Part shown: positions 17,261 through 27,057 of the stretch, one piece after another
Layout: each line of letters opens with the position of its first letter
How positions within the stretch are numbered: position 1 is the stretch's first letter
Assembly: GCA_944327425.1 (NCBI GenBank)
Contig: CALVHJ010000001.1
Coordinates: forward strand, 1-32,637
Direction of reading: 5' to 3'
Source: an uncultured Bacilli bacterium
GTDB lineage: Bacteria > Bacillota_I > Bacilli_A > RF39 > UBA660
Length of the DNA: 32,637 nucleotides
Program-made: the position numbers and the translations under genes
The notes under the pieces: generated by a model
Told to the model about the DNA's origin: nothing
Database searches by the model: none
The model's input: only the letters and a program-made list of their open reading frames with translations

Positions 17261-19060
17261 TTATTCTTCCTCCCCACTTAAAACAGCTAGAAAAACTTCT
17301 CCTGGAACTTCAACCGATCCAACCATCTTCATCCTTTTTTTACCTTCCTTTTGCTTTTCAAGAAGTTTACGTTTTCTTGATACATCACCACCATAGCATT
17401 TAGCTAATACATTCTTACGCATAGCACTAATTGTCTCTCTCGCTATAACTTTCGAACCTATACTAGCCTGCACAGGTGTTTCAAACATCTGTCTTGGTAT
17501 TAATTCTTTTAGTTTTTTAACAACCCTTCTTCCCCTGTCATAAGCAAAATCTTTATGAACAATAACACTTAAAGCATCGACAACTTTACCATTTAATAAA
17601 ATATCCATTTTAACTAAATTTGACTCTTGATAACCACTAATCTCATAATCAAATGAAGCATAACCCTTTGTATAACTTTTAAGTTTATCAAAAAAGTCAT
17701 ACACTATTTCCGATAAAGGAATATTATAATGAATATTTACCCTAGCCTCGTCTATATATTCCATACTCCTATAAATACCTCTTTTATTTTGACACAACTC
17801 CATAATTGAGCCAATATACTCACTAGGAACAATTATATTCGTATATATAAATGGTTCTTTAATCCATGAAATATTAGCCTTATCAGGCATTTTATTAGGA
17901 GAATCAATTTTTATAATTTCTCCATTTGTTAATTTAACTTCATAAATAACACTAGGACTAGTAGCAATAATATCAATTCCAAATTCCCTTGTTACTCTAG
18001 TCATAATAACATCCATATGCAGCAACCCCAAAAAGCCAGTACGAAAGCCAAAACCTAAAGCATCACTAGTCTCTGCCTCAAAACTTAAAGCGGCATCATT
18101 AAGCTTTAATTTATTTAATGCCTCTTTTAAATCTTCAAATCTATTTGGTTCTACCGGAAATAATCCAGAATATACCATTGGCTTCATAGGTTTATATCCT
18201 TTAATTGGTTCCTCTGCTGGATTATTTGCTAAAGTAATAGTATCTCCAACTTGAACTTTTGTTATCTCTTTAATACTAGCACAAACAAAACCAACTTCGC
18301 CAACATTTAAAACTTGTCTTTTCTCTTCTTTAGGCGTAGATACCCCTAGTTCTACAATTGTAAAATCAGACTCACTTTGCATTAATTTAATATGATCTCC
18401 TACCCGTAAAGAACCATCAACCACTTTAACTAAAGCTATAACTCCTCTGTAAGCATCATATTTACTATCAAATATTAAAGCTCGTACTTTATCATCACCG
18501 CTATCTTTAGGCGGTTTTATTCTTTTAATAACTTCCTCTATTAGCTTAGGTACACCTTCTCCCGTTTTCCCACTACACAAAACAATATCACTTTCTTGAA
18601 AACCAAATACCCGTTTTAATTCTTCCGTAACTTTGGGAATATTAGCATTAGGTAAATCAATCTTATTAATAACAGGTATAATAGTTAAATCTTGTTCTAA
18701 AGCAAGATAGAGATTAGCAATGGTTTGTGCCTCTATTCCTTGAGCTGCATCTACTACCAATATTGCCCCTTCACAAGCAGCTAAACTACGTGATACTTCA
18801 TAAGAAAAATCAACATGACCAGGAGTATCAATTAAGTTTAAAATATATTCTTCACCATTATACTTGGTATGGAGTTCCACGGCATTTAACTTAATGGTAA
18901 TACCCCGTTCTCTTTCTAGATCCATACTATCCAAAAGTTGATCCTTCATCTCTCTAGAATCAACTGCACCTGTATATTCTAAAATACGATCAGCAAGAGT
19001 ACTTTTACCATGATCAATATGAGCAATAATTGCAAAATTACGAATGTTTTTTGTTTTCAT
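17261..19060 (-). CDS. lepA: Translation elongation factor 4 (LepA)
   Basis: GTPase G1-G4 motifs [14 protein letters not shown] and NKID, plus the LepA C-terminal domain. The track start at 19072 is TTG. The ATG at 19060 gives the canonical [21 protein letters not shown]. Confidence 0.9.
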   Translation of the reverse strand: MKTKNIRNFAIIAHIDHGKSTLADRILEYTGAVDSREMKDQLLDSMDLERERGITIKLNAVELHTKYNGEEYILNLIDTPGHVDFSYEVSRSLAACEGAILVVDAAQGIEAQTIANLYLALEQDLTIIPVINKIDLPNANIPKVTEELKRVFGFQESDIVLCSGKTGEGVPKLIEEVIKRIKPPKDSGDDKVRALIFDSKYDAYRGVIALVKVVDGSLRVGDHIKLMQSESDFTIVELGVSTPKEEKRQVLNVGEVGFVCASIKEITKVQVGDTITLANNPAEEPIKGYKPMKPMVYSGLFPVEPNRFEDLKEALNKLKLNDAALSFEAETSDALGFGFRTGFLGLLHMDVIMTRVTREFGIDIIATSPSVIYEVKLTNGEIIKIDSPNKMPDKANISWIKEPFIYTNIIVPSEYIGSIMELCQNKRGIYRSMEYIDEARVNIHYNIPLSEIVYDFFDKLKSYTKGYASFDYEISGYQESNLVKMDILLNGKVVDALSVIVHKDFAYDRGRRVVKKLKELIPRQMFETPVQASIGSKVIARETISAMRKNVLAKCYGGDVSRKRKLLEKQKEGKKRMKMVGSVEVPGEVFLAVLSGEEE

Positions 19061-19121
19061 ATTTAACACCAATACTATTTTATCAAAACATGAGTTTAAA
19101 GTCCAGAATTAAATCTCAGTG

Positions 19122-19150
19122 AAAAAAAATGCCACAAGTGGCAAAAATTT
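19122..19150 (-). terminator. Rho-independent terminator after the lectin-like paralogue
   Basis: TGCCAC-AA-GTGGCA palindrome flanked by an A8 run and a following T-run. Confidence 0.6.
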
Positions 19151-19214
19151 TCAGTGGCAAAAAATATATTTTGCATTATTCAAAAGTATTTTAAACAAGG
19201 CATGACTACATGAT

Positions 19215-20504
19215 CTACAATAATACAAACGGATCCGAAATTGTTCCTGTTCCCGTAAATTCTGTTGTAGCTTTTAAATTTATTACAGGTCTAATGCCAG
19301 ATGTATAATAAACTCCCGCCGAACTTAGTCCATCATCAGGACTTCCAGCAGAATATAAGCGAAATACTGACTGATTTGAAGATGGTGTCATCGTCCAATA
19401 AGTACTACCAGTATATAAATAAAAGGCTGTATTATTAGTATATTCATATCCACCTGCATACACTATTTCATCGGCTGTTATTAAACCAATAGGATATTTT
19501 AAGGCTTTATTTCCTTTATTACTTGATGAGGTTGTGAACAAATCAAGATCATTATTACATTTAAATGATGGACTATCATTTACTGATATTCTTATATAAG
19601 CTCCATAATAAGTACGTGTCGTTCCAGTCCCACCTTCTCCGTTACTACTCGAATAACTTGTACTGGGCGTTCTATCATTACAGAATCCCGCATTTATATC
19701 AATATTATCTTCATATGATAATAAATTATTTTCATACCAATTATCTAACTCTTCCTTAATAGTACTACTTGTTCCTACCCCATGCACACTTCCTTCAGTA
19801 TACATGAATCCTACATATTCATTTATATTAGATGAGCTATTAAAAGTGCTTGTTCCTATTTGTCCATTTCCATCTGGAGTTGTCCCTTGATAAATTAAAC
19901 GAATTGATCCATCTCCGTTAACCCTTATTATTCGCCAATAGAATCCGGCAAAATATACCCAATTATCAGTTGGATTTCCTGCAAAGTAATATGTTGTGCC
20001 GTCATTATCGCTAGCCTCAAAAACTATACTGGTAGTCTCGGTTGAATAAATTGTACTAAAATCGGTACGAGTACTATGACTATAGTTTTTAATTGCATCT
20101 GCTAATAAAGGCTTAGATTCATCAAAATATAAATAACATTTACTCTTTTTTTGTAAATTAGCTATAACATGTTCACCATTGTCATTTGTATATAATCTAG
20201 CATTATTATCTTTATTAATTCCATCTACTGTACAATAGCTTTCGCTTTCATTTATTACATACCCACTACTAGGCATAACATCTATACTTACATATTCTCC
20301 CGCTTCATTTTCTTGATACATAGCTAGTACTTTTAGATCATAGACTTTATAGTTTACAGTACTATTAACAATTGGCACACTAGCTGTACTCCTATACTTT
20401 GCTCTCGTAAAATTTAAAACTACTGCACTAATAATTAGTACTGCAAAAACTCCAAAAATAATATTTCTCTTTAAATTATTTTTCTTTAATACCTCGAATT
20501 TCAT
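19215..20504 (-). CDS. Full-length lectin-like surface protein with N-terminal signal anchor; paralogue of 2..973
   Basis: AGGAG RBS. TM segment IIFGVFAVLIISAVVLNF. Shares all conserved blocks with ORF 2..973. Its C-terminal module uses ordinary AT-rich codons. Confidence 0.7.
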   Translation of the reverse strand: MKFEVLKKNNLKRNIIFGVFAVLIISAVVLNFTRAKYRSTASVPIVNSTVNYKVYDLKVLAMYQENEAGEYVSIDVMPSSGYVINESESYCTVDGINKDNNARLYTNDNGEHVIANLQKKSKCYLYFDESKPLLADAIKNYSHSTRTDFSTIYSTETTSIVFEASDNDGTTYYFAGNPTDNWVYFAGFYWRIIRVNGDGSIRLIYQGTTPDGNGQIGTSTFNSSSNINEYVGFMYTEGSVHGVGTSSTIKEELDNWYENNLLSYEDNIDINAGFCNDRTPSTSYSSSNGEGGTGTTRTYYGAYIRISVNDSPSFKCNNDLDLFTTSSSNKGNKALKYPIGLITADEIVYAGGYEYTNNTAFYLYTGSTYWTMTPSSNQSVFRLYSAGSPDDGLSSAGVYYTSGIRPVINLKATTEFTGTGTISDPFVLL

Positions 20505-20682
20505 AACTTATCCACTCCTGTGAAGGTCTACTTCATTTACTACAACAAATAAAGCGAATATAATGGTACTTATTGGATACCTTATATTAATAGTATTATA
20601 GCAACACCAATTGTACTTTGTCAAGGTACATTTTAAATCTAAATAGTTTTTTTATAGTAACCTTAATACAGGAGGTAAAAAA

Positions 20683-20904
20683 ATGATGAAATTAATAGCC
20701 AACGACTATGAACCCCATGAAACTTTTAAAATATTAAGAGAATGGACTGGCTTAACTCAAGAAGAATTAGCCAAAGAACTAAATCGTCGTAGTAGACACG
20801 GAATTAAAAATATAGAAACAGGCAACGCCAGATTCTACTATGAAACAATTCTAGAAATATGTAAGAAACATAATATTAAAATAATATTTGAAAAAGATAA
20901 CTAA
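20683..20904 (+). CDS. Small XRE-family HTH regulator (73 aa)
   Basis: AGGAGG RBS. LREWTGLTQEELAKELNRRSRHGIKNIETG helix-turn-helix. Divergent from the lectin-like paralogue. Confidence 0.6.
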   Translation: MMKLIANDYEPHETFKILREWTGLTQEELAKELNRRSRHGIKNIETGNARFYYETILEICKKHNIKIIFEKDN

Positions 20905-20910
20905 ATCGCT

Positions 20911-21657
20911 CTAGTTATCCTTTTCTTTTCTCTTTCTTTTTAATTCTCTACTTTTTTCCTTAGCTTCCTCTCGCCATTTCTTCATCATTTCAAAAACATT
21001 ATTATCCAAATCCGGAAAAGCCTTTAAAAGTCTATTAGGAAAAGCTTTAAATCCTTCTATGCTTTCTTTTAATCTTTTTTCAAATATAACTGGTATTTTA
21101 GCAATCTTCTCATTTTTTAACTCTTCTACAATAATAATTCTATTTCGCAAATTATAGGCAATAATTACGGAATAAATAACATCAAGTACAAAAATGACTG
21201 TAAATATAATTGCTAAAACCCTCCAAAATCCAAAACTAAACAAACTAAATAAAAAGTAAAAACCTGGTGTTACAGCATATATAATAAGTAACGATAATAT
21301 CCCAAAAGCAAAAGAGTTTTGTAAACATATTCTCCCATTAATATTATACTTACGGCTGCTATAATCCCACCATTTATTATGAAATATTTTCTCAAGTAAG
21401 AAAGATGTAAAATATTCAAGAGCACTAGTTATAATAACCCCAAAAACAAAAACTACAACCGGATCTTCATAATATCTAAGTAAACAAAATAAAATAAGCA
21501 ATGCTCCAAATCCATAAATAGGTATTACTGGTCCACATAAAAAGCCTCTATTTACAAACTTTCTTGATCCTAAATAACACCAAAACACTTCTAATAAATA
21601 GCCAATAAAAGAACTAAAATAAAATATTAAACTCCCATAAACCAATATTTCCTGCAT
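20911..21657 (-). CDS. Polytopic membrane protein, putative 'ABC-transporter type IV' (PF06541-like) family
   Basis: GYLLEVFWC...NRGFLCGPVIPIYGFG and HNKWWDYS...NINGRICL blocks, as remembered for PF06541. Lys/Arg/Glu-rich C-terminal tail. Confidence 0.55.
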   Translation of the reverse strand: MQEILVYGSLIFYFSSFIGYLLEVFWCYLGSRKFVNRGFLCGPVIPIYGFGALLILFCLLRYYEDPVVVFVFGVIITSALEYFTSFLLEKIFHNKWWDYSSRKYNINGRICLQNSFAFGILSLLIIYAVTPGFYFLFSLFSFGFWRVLAIIFTVIFVLDVIYSVIIAYNLRNRIIIVEELKNEKIAKIPVIFEKRLKESIEGFKAFPNRLLKAFPDLDNNVFEMMKKWREEAKEKSRELKRKRKEKDN

Positions 21658-21772
21658 ATATTACCTCCTGCATTTATTATACAGCTAAAACAATTATAAC
21701 ACTTTTAAAATAATTTGTACATATTATGAATTTTATATCATATAATCTAGTAAGTTTAGAAAGGATAATGTT

Positions 21773-22267
21773 ATGATAAATAAACAAAATTTATGGTTCA
21801 TCTCTCTTTTTTCTTTAATCATGGTTTTAAGTATTTACTATCTTACTATGTCTAATGATACTTTATCAACCCTTAATGTTAATAGTAACACTGATGAAGC
21901 TACCGATATCGTAATATCAGAAGAAAATGATACTTTAGTAGCTTTAAAAGTAGCTGATGAAGAAGAATTACTTGCTAAAATGGAAGAATTAGAAAATATT
22001 TTATTAAGTGATATAGCAACATTACAAGAAAAAAACGATGCTTATGAAAAATTACAAAGTTTAAATAAAACCGAAAGTGAAAAAGAAACAATAGTTAAGT
22101 TAATTAAAGAAGAATATAAACTTGATAGTGTTGTAAAAATTGAAAACACAAATATTACCATTACCATTGCCAGTACTAAACATGATGCTACATTAGCCAA
22201 TAACATTATTAGAAGCGTTCAAGCTCTTTATGATAACAACATGTATATTACTGTTAAGTTTAGTTAA
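21773..22267 (+). CDS. SpoIIIAH-like protein (orphan; no spoIIIAA-AG upstream)
   Basis: NKQNLWFISLFSLIMVLSIYY matches the B. subtilis SpoIIIAH N-terminus KKQTVWLLTMLSLVVVLSVYY. The C-terminal EKNDAYEKL...NITITIASTKHDATLANNIIRSV parallels EKSEAYDKM...INITVKSDKHSKSKATAIIDLV. Confidence 0.6.
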   Translation: MINKQNLWFISLFSLIMVLSIYYLTMSNDTLSTLNVNSNTDEATDIVISEENDTLVALKVADEEELLAKMEELENILLSDIATLQEKNDAYEKLQSLNKTESEKETIVKLIKEEYKLDSVVKIENTNITITIASTKHDATLANNIIRSVQALYDNNMYITVKFS

Positions 22268-22283
22268 TTAGGCATTCTATTTA

Positions 22284-22311
22284 ACCATTTCCTAGGAAAA
22301 CTCATAAAATA
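22284..22311 (+). promoter_or_regulatory. Possible sigma-K-type promoter (AC-N17-CATAAAATA) upstream of gerE
   Basis: Matches the loose AC-16/17-CATAnnnTA consensus about 37 nt upstream of the gerE ATG. This is a low-information motif in AT-rich DNA. Confidence 0.2.
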
Positions 22312-22347
22312 CACTAGAAACATAATAGAAATGAGTGAGAATTTCCT

Positions 22348-22554
22348 ATGAAAAGAAGTATTTTAACCAACCGTGAAAAAGAAGTATTCGAATTATTAGT
22401 ATTAAACAAATCAACTAAAGAAATAGCCGATAAACTAAAGATTAGTGAAAAAACGGTAAGAAATCATGTGTCTAATACTATCCAAAAACTAGGAGTCAAA
22501 GGAAGATCGGGAGCAATCGTTGAATTAATAAAATTAGGTGAAATAACAATTTAA
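22348..22554 (+). CDS. gerE: LuxR/GerE-family sporulation transcription factor GerE
   Basis: LTNREKEVFELLVLNKSTKEIADKLKISEKTVRNHVSNTIQKLGVKGRSGAIVELIKLGE is near-collinear with B. subtilis GerE. Confidence 0.75.
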   Translation: MKRSILTNREKEVFELLVLNKSTKEIADKLKISEKTVRNHVSNTIQKLGVKGRSGAIVELIKLGEITI

Positions 22555-22575
22555 TCTCCATTTGGAGATTTTTTA
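22554..22575 (+). terminator. Rho-independent terminator after gerE
   Basis: TCTCC-attt-GGAGA stem followed by TTTTTT. Confidence 0.55.
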
Positions 22576-22635
22576 AATGATTTAGAAATAAGTACTAAAC
22601 TAAATATTTTAACATATATTTTTATTGGTGATATT

Positions 22636-23577
22636 ATGCTTAAAAAATCAGCTTTAAGAAGAATAATGGTATCTACTTTAGCTCTTATAATAGTTAGTAT
22701 TTTATACTTTTTTCCCCAAGAAAATGAACTAAGTCCCATAAAACAAGAGGTAGAATATATAAGTGTTGATGCAACCCCTATTTATCTAATAAATCCTGAT
22801 AATTATGTTGTAAGAACAAATATTGCAACTACTAGTACTGATCCCTTATCTTTAGCTAAAGAACTAATAACATCTCTTACTAAAGGTAGTCAAAAAAAAG
22901 AATATATATCTTCTCATTTTACCCAAATTATTCCCGAAAATACCAAAATATTAGATATTTCTTTAGATGAAGACTTGTTAAAAGTAGATTTTTCCAAAGA
23001 ATTATTAAACATATCTAAAGATAACGAAGAAAAACTAATAGAATCATTAATTTATACTCTAACTGAAATTAAAGAAATAGAAAAGATTATGATTTTTGTT
23101 GAAGGCACAAAATTAGAAACTCTTCCTAAGAGCAATATTAAACTTCCTAACATTTTAGATAGAAACTATGGAATTAACAAAGTATATGATATAACTAGCC
23201 TAAAAGATTTAACTAAAACAACCATTTACTATATTGGTAAATTTGAAGATCTAGTCTATTATGTACCTGTAACAAAAATAGATAATAATCATAATGATAA
23301 AATTGAAATAATTATTGATGAATTAAAATCTAGTCCAATTTATGAGACTAATTTAATGAGCTATTTAGCTAGTTCCGTAGAACTTGAAAGTTACGAAGAA
23401 TTAGAAAATCAAATAATTCTAAGTTTTAATAATGCTATCTTTGATGATTTTAATGCCCAAAATATTTTAGAAGAAGTTAAATATTCTATTTCTTTATCTA
23501 TTGGGGATACTTTACATGTAGATGAAATTATTTTTAAAGTTAATGATGAAATAATTGAAACATTTAAAGAAAATTAA
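22636..23577 (+). CDS. GerM-like (two GerMN-type domains) sporulation/germination protein
   Basis: N-terminal anchor MVSTLALIIVSILYFF, then two repeats of about 130 aa with the GerMN-like pattern (PIYLIN...YVVR; TIYYIGKF...YYVPVT). Confidence 0.5.
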   Translation: MLKKSALRRIMVSTLALIIVSILYFFPQENELSPIKQEVEYISVDATPIYLINPDNYVVRTNIATTSTDPLSLAKELITSLTKGSQKKEYISSHFTQIIPENTKILDISLDEDLLKVDFSKELLNISKDNEEKLIESLIYTLTEIKEIEKIMIFVEGTKLETLPKSNIKLPNILDRNYGINKVYDITSLKDLTKTTIYYIGKFEDLVYYVPVTKIDNNHNDKIEIIIDELKSSPIYETNLMSYLASSVELESYEELENQIILSFNNAIFDDFNAQNILEEVKYSISLSIGDTLHVDEIIFKVNDEIIETFKEN

Positions 23578-23597
23578 AATATCATCTTAAATATTAA

Positions 23598-23621
23598 AAC
23601 TGTAAGATCATTCTTACAGTT
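23598..23621. terminator. Bidirectional terminator between gerM-like and the ABC remnant
   Basis: AACTGTAAGA-tcat-TCTTACAGTT, a perfect 10-bp stem. Confidence 0.6.
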
Positions 23622-24691
23622 AATTTTGAAATTGCGAATTATATAGTTCCGCATAAGTTCCCTTTTTCTTAAGTAATTCTTCATGTGTACCTATTTCAAC
23701 TATATTACCTTCCTTCATAACTAGTATTTAATCAGCATTTTTAATAGTTGAAAGACGATGAGCAATAATAAATGATGTTCTACCCTCTGTTAATTTATCC
23801 ATTGCTTCTTGAACTAATTCTTCAGTACGAGTATCAACACTACTTGTTGCTTCATCTAAAATTAAGAAAGGAGCATCTTTTATCATACCTCGAGCAATTG
23901 TTAAAAGTTGTTTTTGACCTGTCGAAATACTTTCTGAATCACTTATTTCATAATTTAGTCCACCAGGAAGTGATTTAACAAAATGATAAACCCCTACCGT
24001 TTTTAAAGCATTAATTACTTCTTCGTCACTAACATTTTCTTTATTATATATGATATTTTCTTTAATAGTACCATTAAATAACCAAGTATCTAGTAAAACC
24101 ATTATAAATAGATCATGAATATTTTTCCGAGTTAAATTTTTAGTAAACACTCCATCAATCAAAATATCCCCCTCATTTATATCATAAAACTTCATAAGCA
24201 AATTAACTAAAGTCGTTTTACCAACACCCGTAGGTCCTACTATTGCTATTTTTTCACCCGATTTAACTTTTAAAGAAAAATCCTTGATAATTATTTTATC
24301 ATCATTATAACCAAATTTCACATGATCAAAAGTAATATTACCATTAATTGCTTGTATTGCTCCTACTATACAAACAGCTAAATAGCCAAAATTACCAATA
24401 AAGCTCATAATAGGTTGCATAAGTCCTGATAAAAACTGACTCTTTAAATTAGCGTTATAAACAGCAGTATCAAGTAGCTGCTCCTAAAGAACCAGCAGCA
24501 CATAGTAGCATATATCCGCCATTTTCTAAAATTCCACTTAAAGAATTTGTGCCACTTTGAATTATAGTTGTAATATTAGCCATATAATCCGGCAACTTTA
24601 AATCTAAATATACTTGAAAAACAATAAGTAATGTACTTACTAGTATAAGTGCATAATCCTTCTTCGTTAAGTTTTTTAATAATTTAAACAT
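23620..24691 (-). pseudogene. ABC multidrug-type exporter (fused TMD-NBD), decayed by internal deletion plus in-frame stop
   Basis: The N-terminal 73 aa (TM1-2) end at TGA. Reading resumes out of frame at ...SQFLSGLMQPIMSFIGN (TM6) followed by the NBD (GPTGVGKTT, ISTGQKQ, LILDEATS). An in-frame TAA at 23728 precedes ILVMKEGNIVEIGTHEELL...SQFQN. Confidence 0.7.
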
Positions 24692-24692
24692 T

Positions 24693-25135
24693 TTATTCTC
24701 CCTTCTTTTTCATATTATCTTGCATTTTGTTTAAAATATTTATAAATTGTGCTAACTCATCATCAGAAATACCAGCAACTAGCTCATCGTTAATAGCCTG
24801 AAAATTCTTCTCTAACTCCTCTAGTCTCTCTAAACTAGTATTAGTTAAATTATTCTTTTTACCCGAGCATTATCAGGAACACTCACTCTTTTAATCACTT
24901 TAGCTTTTTCCATAGTTAATAAAACCTCAGAAATTGTGGCTTTACTAACATTAAAATTATTTTCTAAATCTTTTTGACATATAACCTCATTTTTATTTTC
25001 TAACAAAAATTTCAATATTTTAGCTTGTAAAGGACTTGGTGGTCTTTTTATAGCTTGATGCTTAGCTTCTTGAAATAGTTTTTTAGCTATTTTTATATCC
25101 AATTTTTTTAATTCATCAATTACCTGTGGCCTCAT
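24693..25135 (-). pseudogene. MarR-family regulator with a -1 frameshift in an A-run
   Basis: The frame ends ...VPDNARVKRII*. Adding one A to the A5 run (plus-strand T5 at 24856..24860) restores ...ARVKKNNLTNTSLERLEELEKNF...MQDNMKKKGE*, which ends 1 nt before the ABC ATG. Confidence 0.65.
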
Positions 25136-25174
25136 TATTTCCTCCTTTTGTTAGCTACCTAACTAATTTACATG

Positions 25175-25211
25175 TAAAAAAACACTATTCTAGTCTCGTT
25201 AAATTAGTGTT
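25175..25211 (-). terminator. Rho-independent terminator after rarA copy 2
   Basis: AACACTA-N17-TAGTGTT stem followed by T6 on the minus strand. Confidence 0.5.
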
Positions 25212-25253
25212 TGAAAAAATGGTTCTTTTGTTTATGAATATTACTCAAAATCT

Positions 25254-26576
25254 TTATCCCTGTCTATGCTTTTTCTTCCATTCTTTTATCTGTTCTAATC
25301 TTTGTTTAAAACGAATCTCATTACCTTGTTCTCCCGGCTCATAATACGTTTTTCCAGCCAAAGAAGGTGGCAAACACTCCATCGTAGTTAATTTATCTTG
25401 TGCATCATGAGCATAAATATAACCTTTTCCATAATCAAGGTCTTCCATTAATTTTGTCGGAGCATTTCTAATAACAAGAGGTACAGGTTCAGCGAGCATT
25501 TTTTTAGCATCCGCACTAGCCCTTTGATAGGCAACATCACAAGTATTAGATTTTGGAGCTAAAGACATATAAATAACCGCCTCAGCTAAATGTACGTTAC
25601 ACTCTGGCATACCAATAAAATGACAAGCCTGATAAACATTAATTGCTACATTCAAAGCATTAGTATCCGCAAGTCCTATATCTTCCGAAGCAAACCTCGT
25701 AATTCTTCTTGCAATATATATTGGATCTTCTCCTGCTTCTAACATCCTTGCTAACCAATATACTGCCGCATCAGGATCACTATTACGCATAGACTTATGT
25801 AAAGCTGAAATAATATTATAATGCTCTTCTCCATTTTTATCATATAATAATGTTTTCTTTGTCAAACATTCTAAAATATTTTCTTTAGTAACTGTAACAA
25901 TTCCTTCTTTTTCTAAAGCATTAGTTATAATCATATCTAAAGTAGTAAGGGCTGATCTAGCATCCCCATTGGCAAAATTAGCAATTACCTTTAAATCATC
26001 TAGAGAAATATTAACTTTTGCTTTGCCAAAGCCTCTTTCATCACTTATAGCCCTTTTTAATAACACTAAAATATCATCACTTGCTAATTCCTTTAAAACA
26101 AACACTCTACATCTAGAAAGTAAAGCACTATTTATTTCAAAAGAAGGATTTTCAGTTGTCGCCCCAATTAAAACTATAGACCCCTTTTCTACAAATGGTA
26201 AAAATGCATCTTGTTGAGCTTTATTAAAACGATGAATTTCATCTACAAACACTATTGTTTTAATCCCCAATTTTTTATTTTGATCTGCTTCTTCCATCAC
26301 CATTTTAATTTCTTTAATCCCCGAAGTAACAGCCGAAAACGTAATAAATTTTGATTTAGTTTCATGAGCAATAATCCGTGCTAAAGTTGTTTTTCCAACT
26401 CCCGGTGGACCCCAAAAAATCATCGAAGAAATACGATCCGCTAAAATCATTTTTCTAAGAAGTTTATTAACTCCAATTAAATGCTTTTGTCCTACAAATT
26501 CATTTAAATTTCTTGGTCGCATCCGCGATGCTAAAGGTTCATTTGTTGGTATATCAAATAGTGATTCTTGTTCCAT
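25254..26576 (-). CDS. rarA: Replication-associated recombination protein A (MgsA/RarA), copy 2, divergent from copy 1
   Basis: LASRMRPRNLNEFVGQKHL, Walker A GPPGVGKTT, Walker B FVDEIHRFNK, and the lid block HYNIISALHKSMRNSDPDAAVYWLARML. Visibly higher GC than its neighbours. Confidence 0.85.
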   Translation of the reverse strand: MEQESLFDIPTNEPLASRMRPRNLNEFVGQKHLIGVNKLLRKMILADRISSMIFWGPPGVGKTTLARIIAHETKSKFITFSAVTSGIKEIKMVMEEADQNKKLGIKTIVFVDEIHRFNKAQQDAFLPFVEKGSIVLIGATTENPSFEINSALLSRCRVFVLKELASDDILVLLKRAISDERGFGKAKVNISLDDLKVIANFANGDARSALTTLDMIITNALEKEGIVTVTKENILECLTKKTLLYDKNGEEHYNIISALHKSMRNSDPDAAVYWLARMLEAGEDPIYIARRITRFASEDIGLADTNALNVAINVYQACHFIGMPECNVHLAEAVIYMSLAPKSNTCDVAYQRASADAKKMLAEPVPLVIRNAPTKLMEDLDYGKGYIYAHDAQDKLTTMECLPPSLAGKTYYEPGEQGNEIRFKQRLEQIKEWKKKHRQG

Positions 26577-26647
26577 ATCAATAACCTCTCTTCACTATTA
26601 TTATACGCTTGTTCGCCCAAAAAGTCTACCTATTTTACTCAATTTAT

Positions 26648-27037
26648 CTATCTTGATAAATCTTTATCATAATCTAAAATTCGATTATCTATTTGTTCTA
26701 ATTCGAGTTCTATTAAAACCATAATAACATTTTTAAGCCGCTTTAATTCTTCTTTTTTACTAATTCTATCTACTAACTCTTTTAAAAGAATAGCTATACT
26801 TCCTCCTTGGAAAACTATAAGAATACTAGCTATTATTCCTTTTAATGAATCAAAATCAGCAAAACTACTTAAATACCCAATTAATAGTGCATTTAAACTA
26901 CTCATTAAAACTGGTTTAATCACCTCAATATTTGCTATATCATGATTAAGAGTATCTATCTTCGTAATTAGATATCTACGTTCATTATCTGTCAAACTAA
27001 TAACCCCCTTTTGTATAAAGCAAACATATTCTAACAC
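26648..27037 (-). CDS. Hypothetical small membrane protein
   Basis: Two hydrophobic segments (VLMSSLNALLIGYLSSF, IIASILIVFQGGSIAILL). The track start is GTG. A TTG at 26995 behind AAGGGGG is a more plausible start. Confidence 0.4.
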   Translation of the reverse strand: MLEYVCFIQKGVISLTDNERRYLITKIDTLNHDIANIEVIKPVLMSSLNALLIGYLSSFADFDSLKGIIASILIVFQGGSIAILLKELVDRISKKEELKRLKNVIMVLIELELEQIDNRILDYDKDLSR

Positions 27038-27057
27038 AAGCTAAAGCCTAAGTCAAA

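Noticed and set aside
19215-19400. C-terminal module of the paralogue as the DGR template repeat for 818..904
   Set aside because: Only protein-level similarity exists. The nucleotide sequences differ at many non-adenine positions, so this is not a TR/VR pair. I found no other near-copy of the GC-rich patch by eye anywhere in the window.
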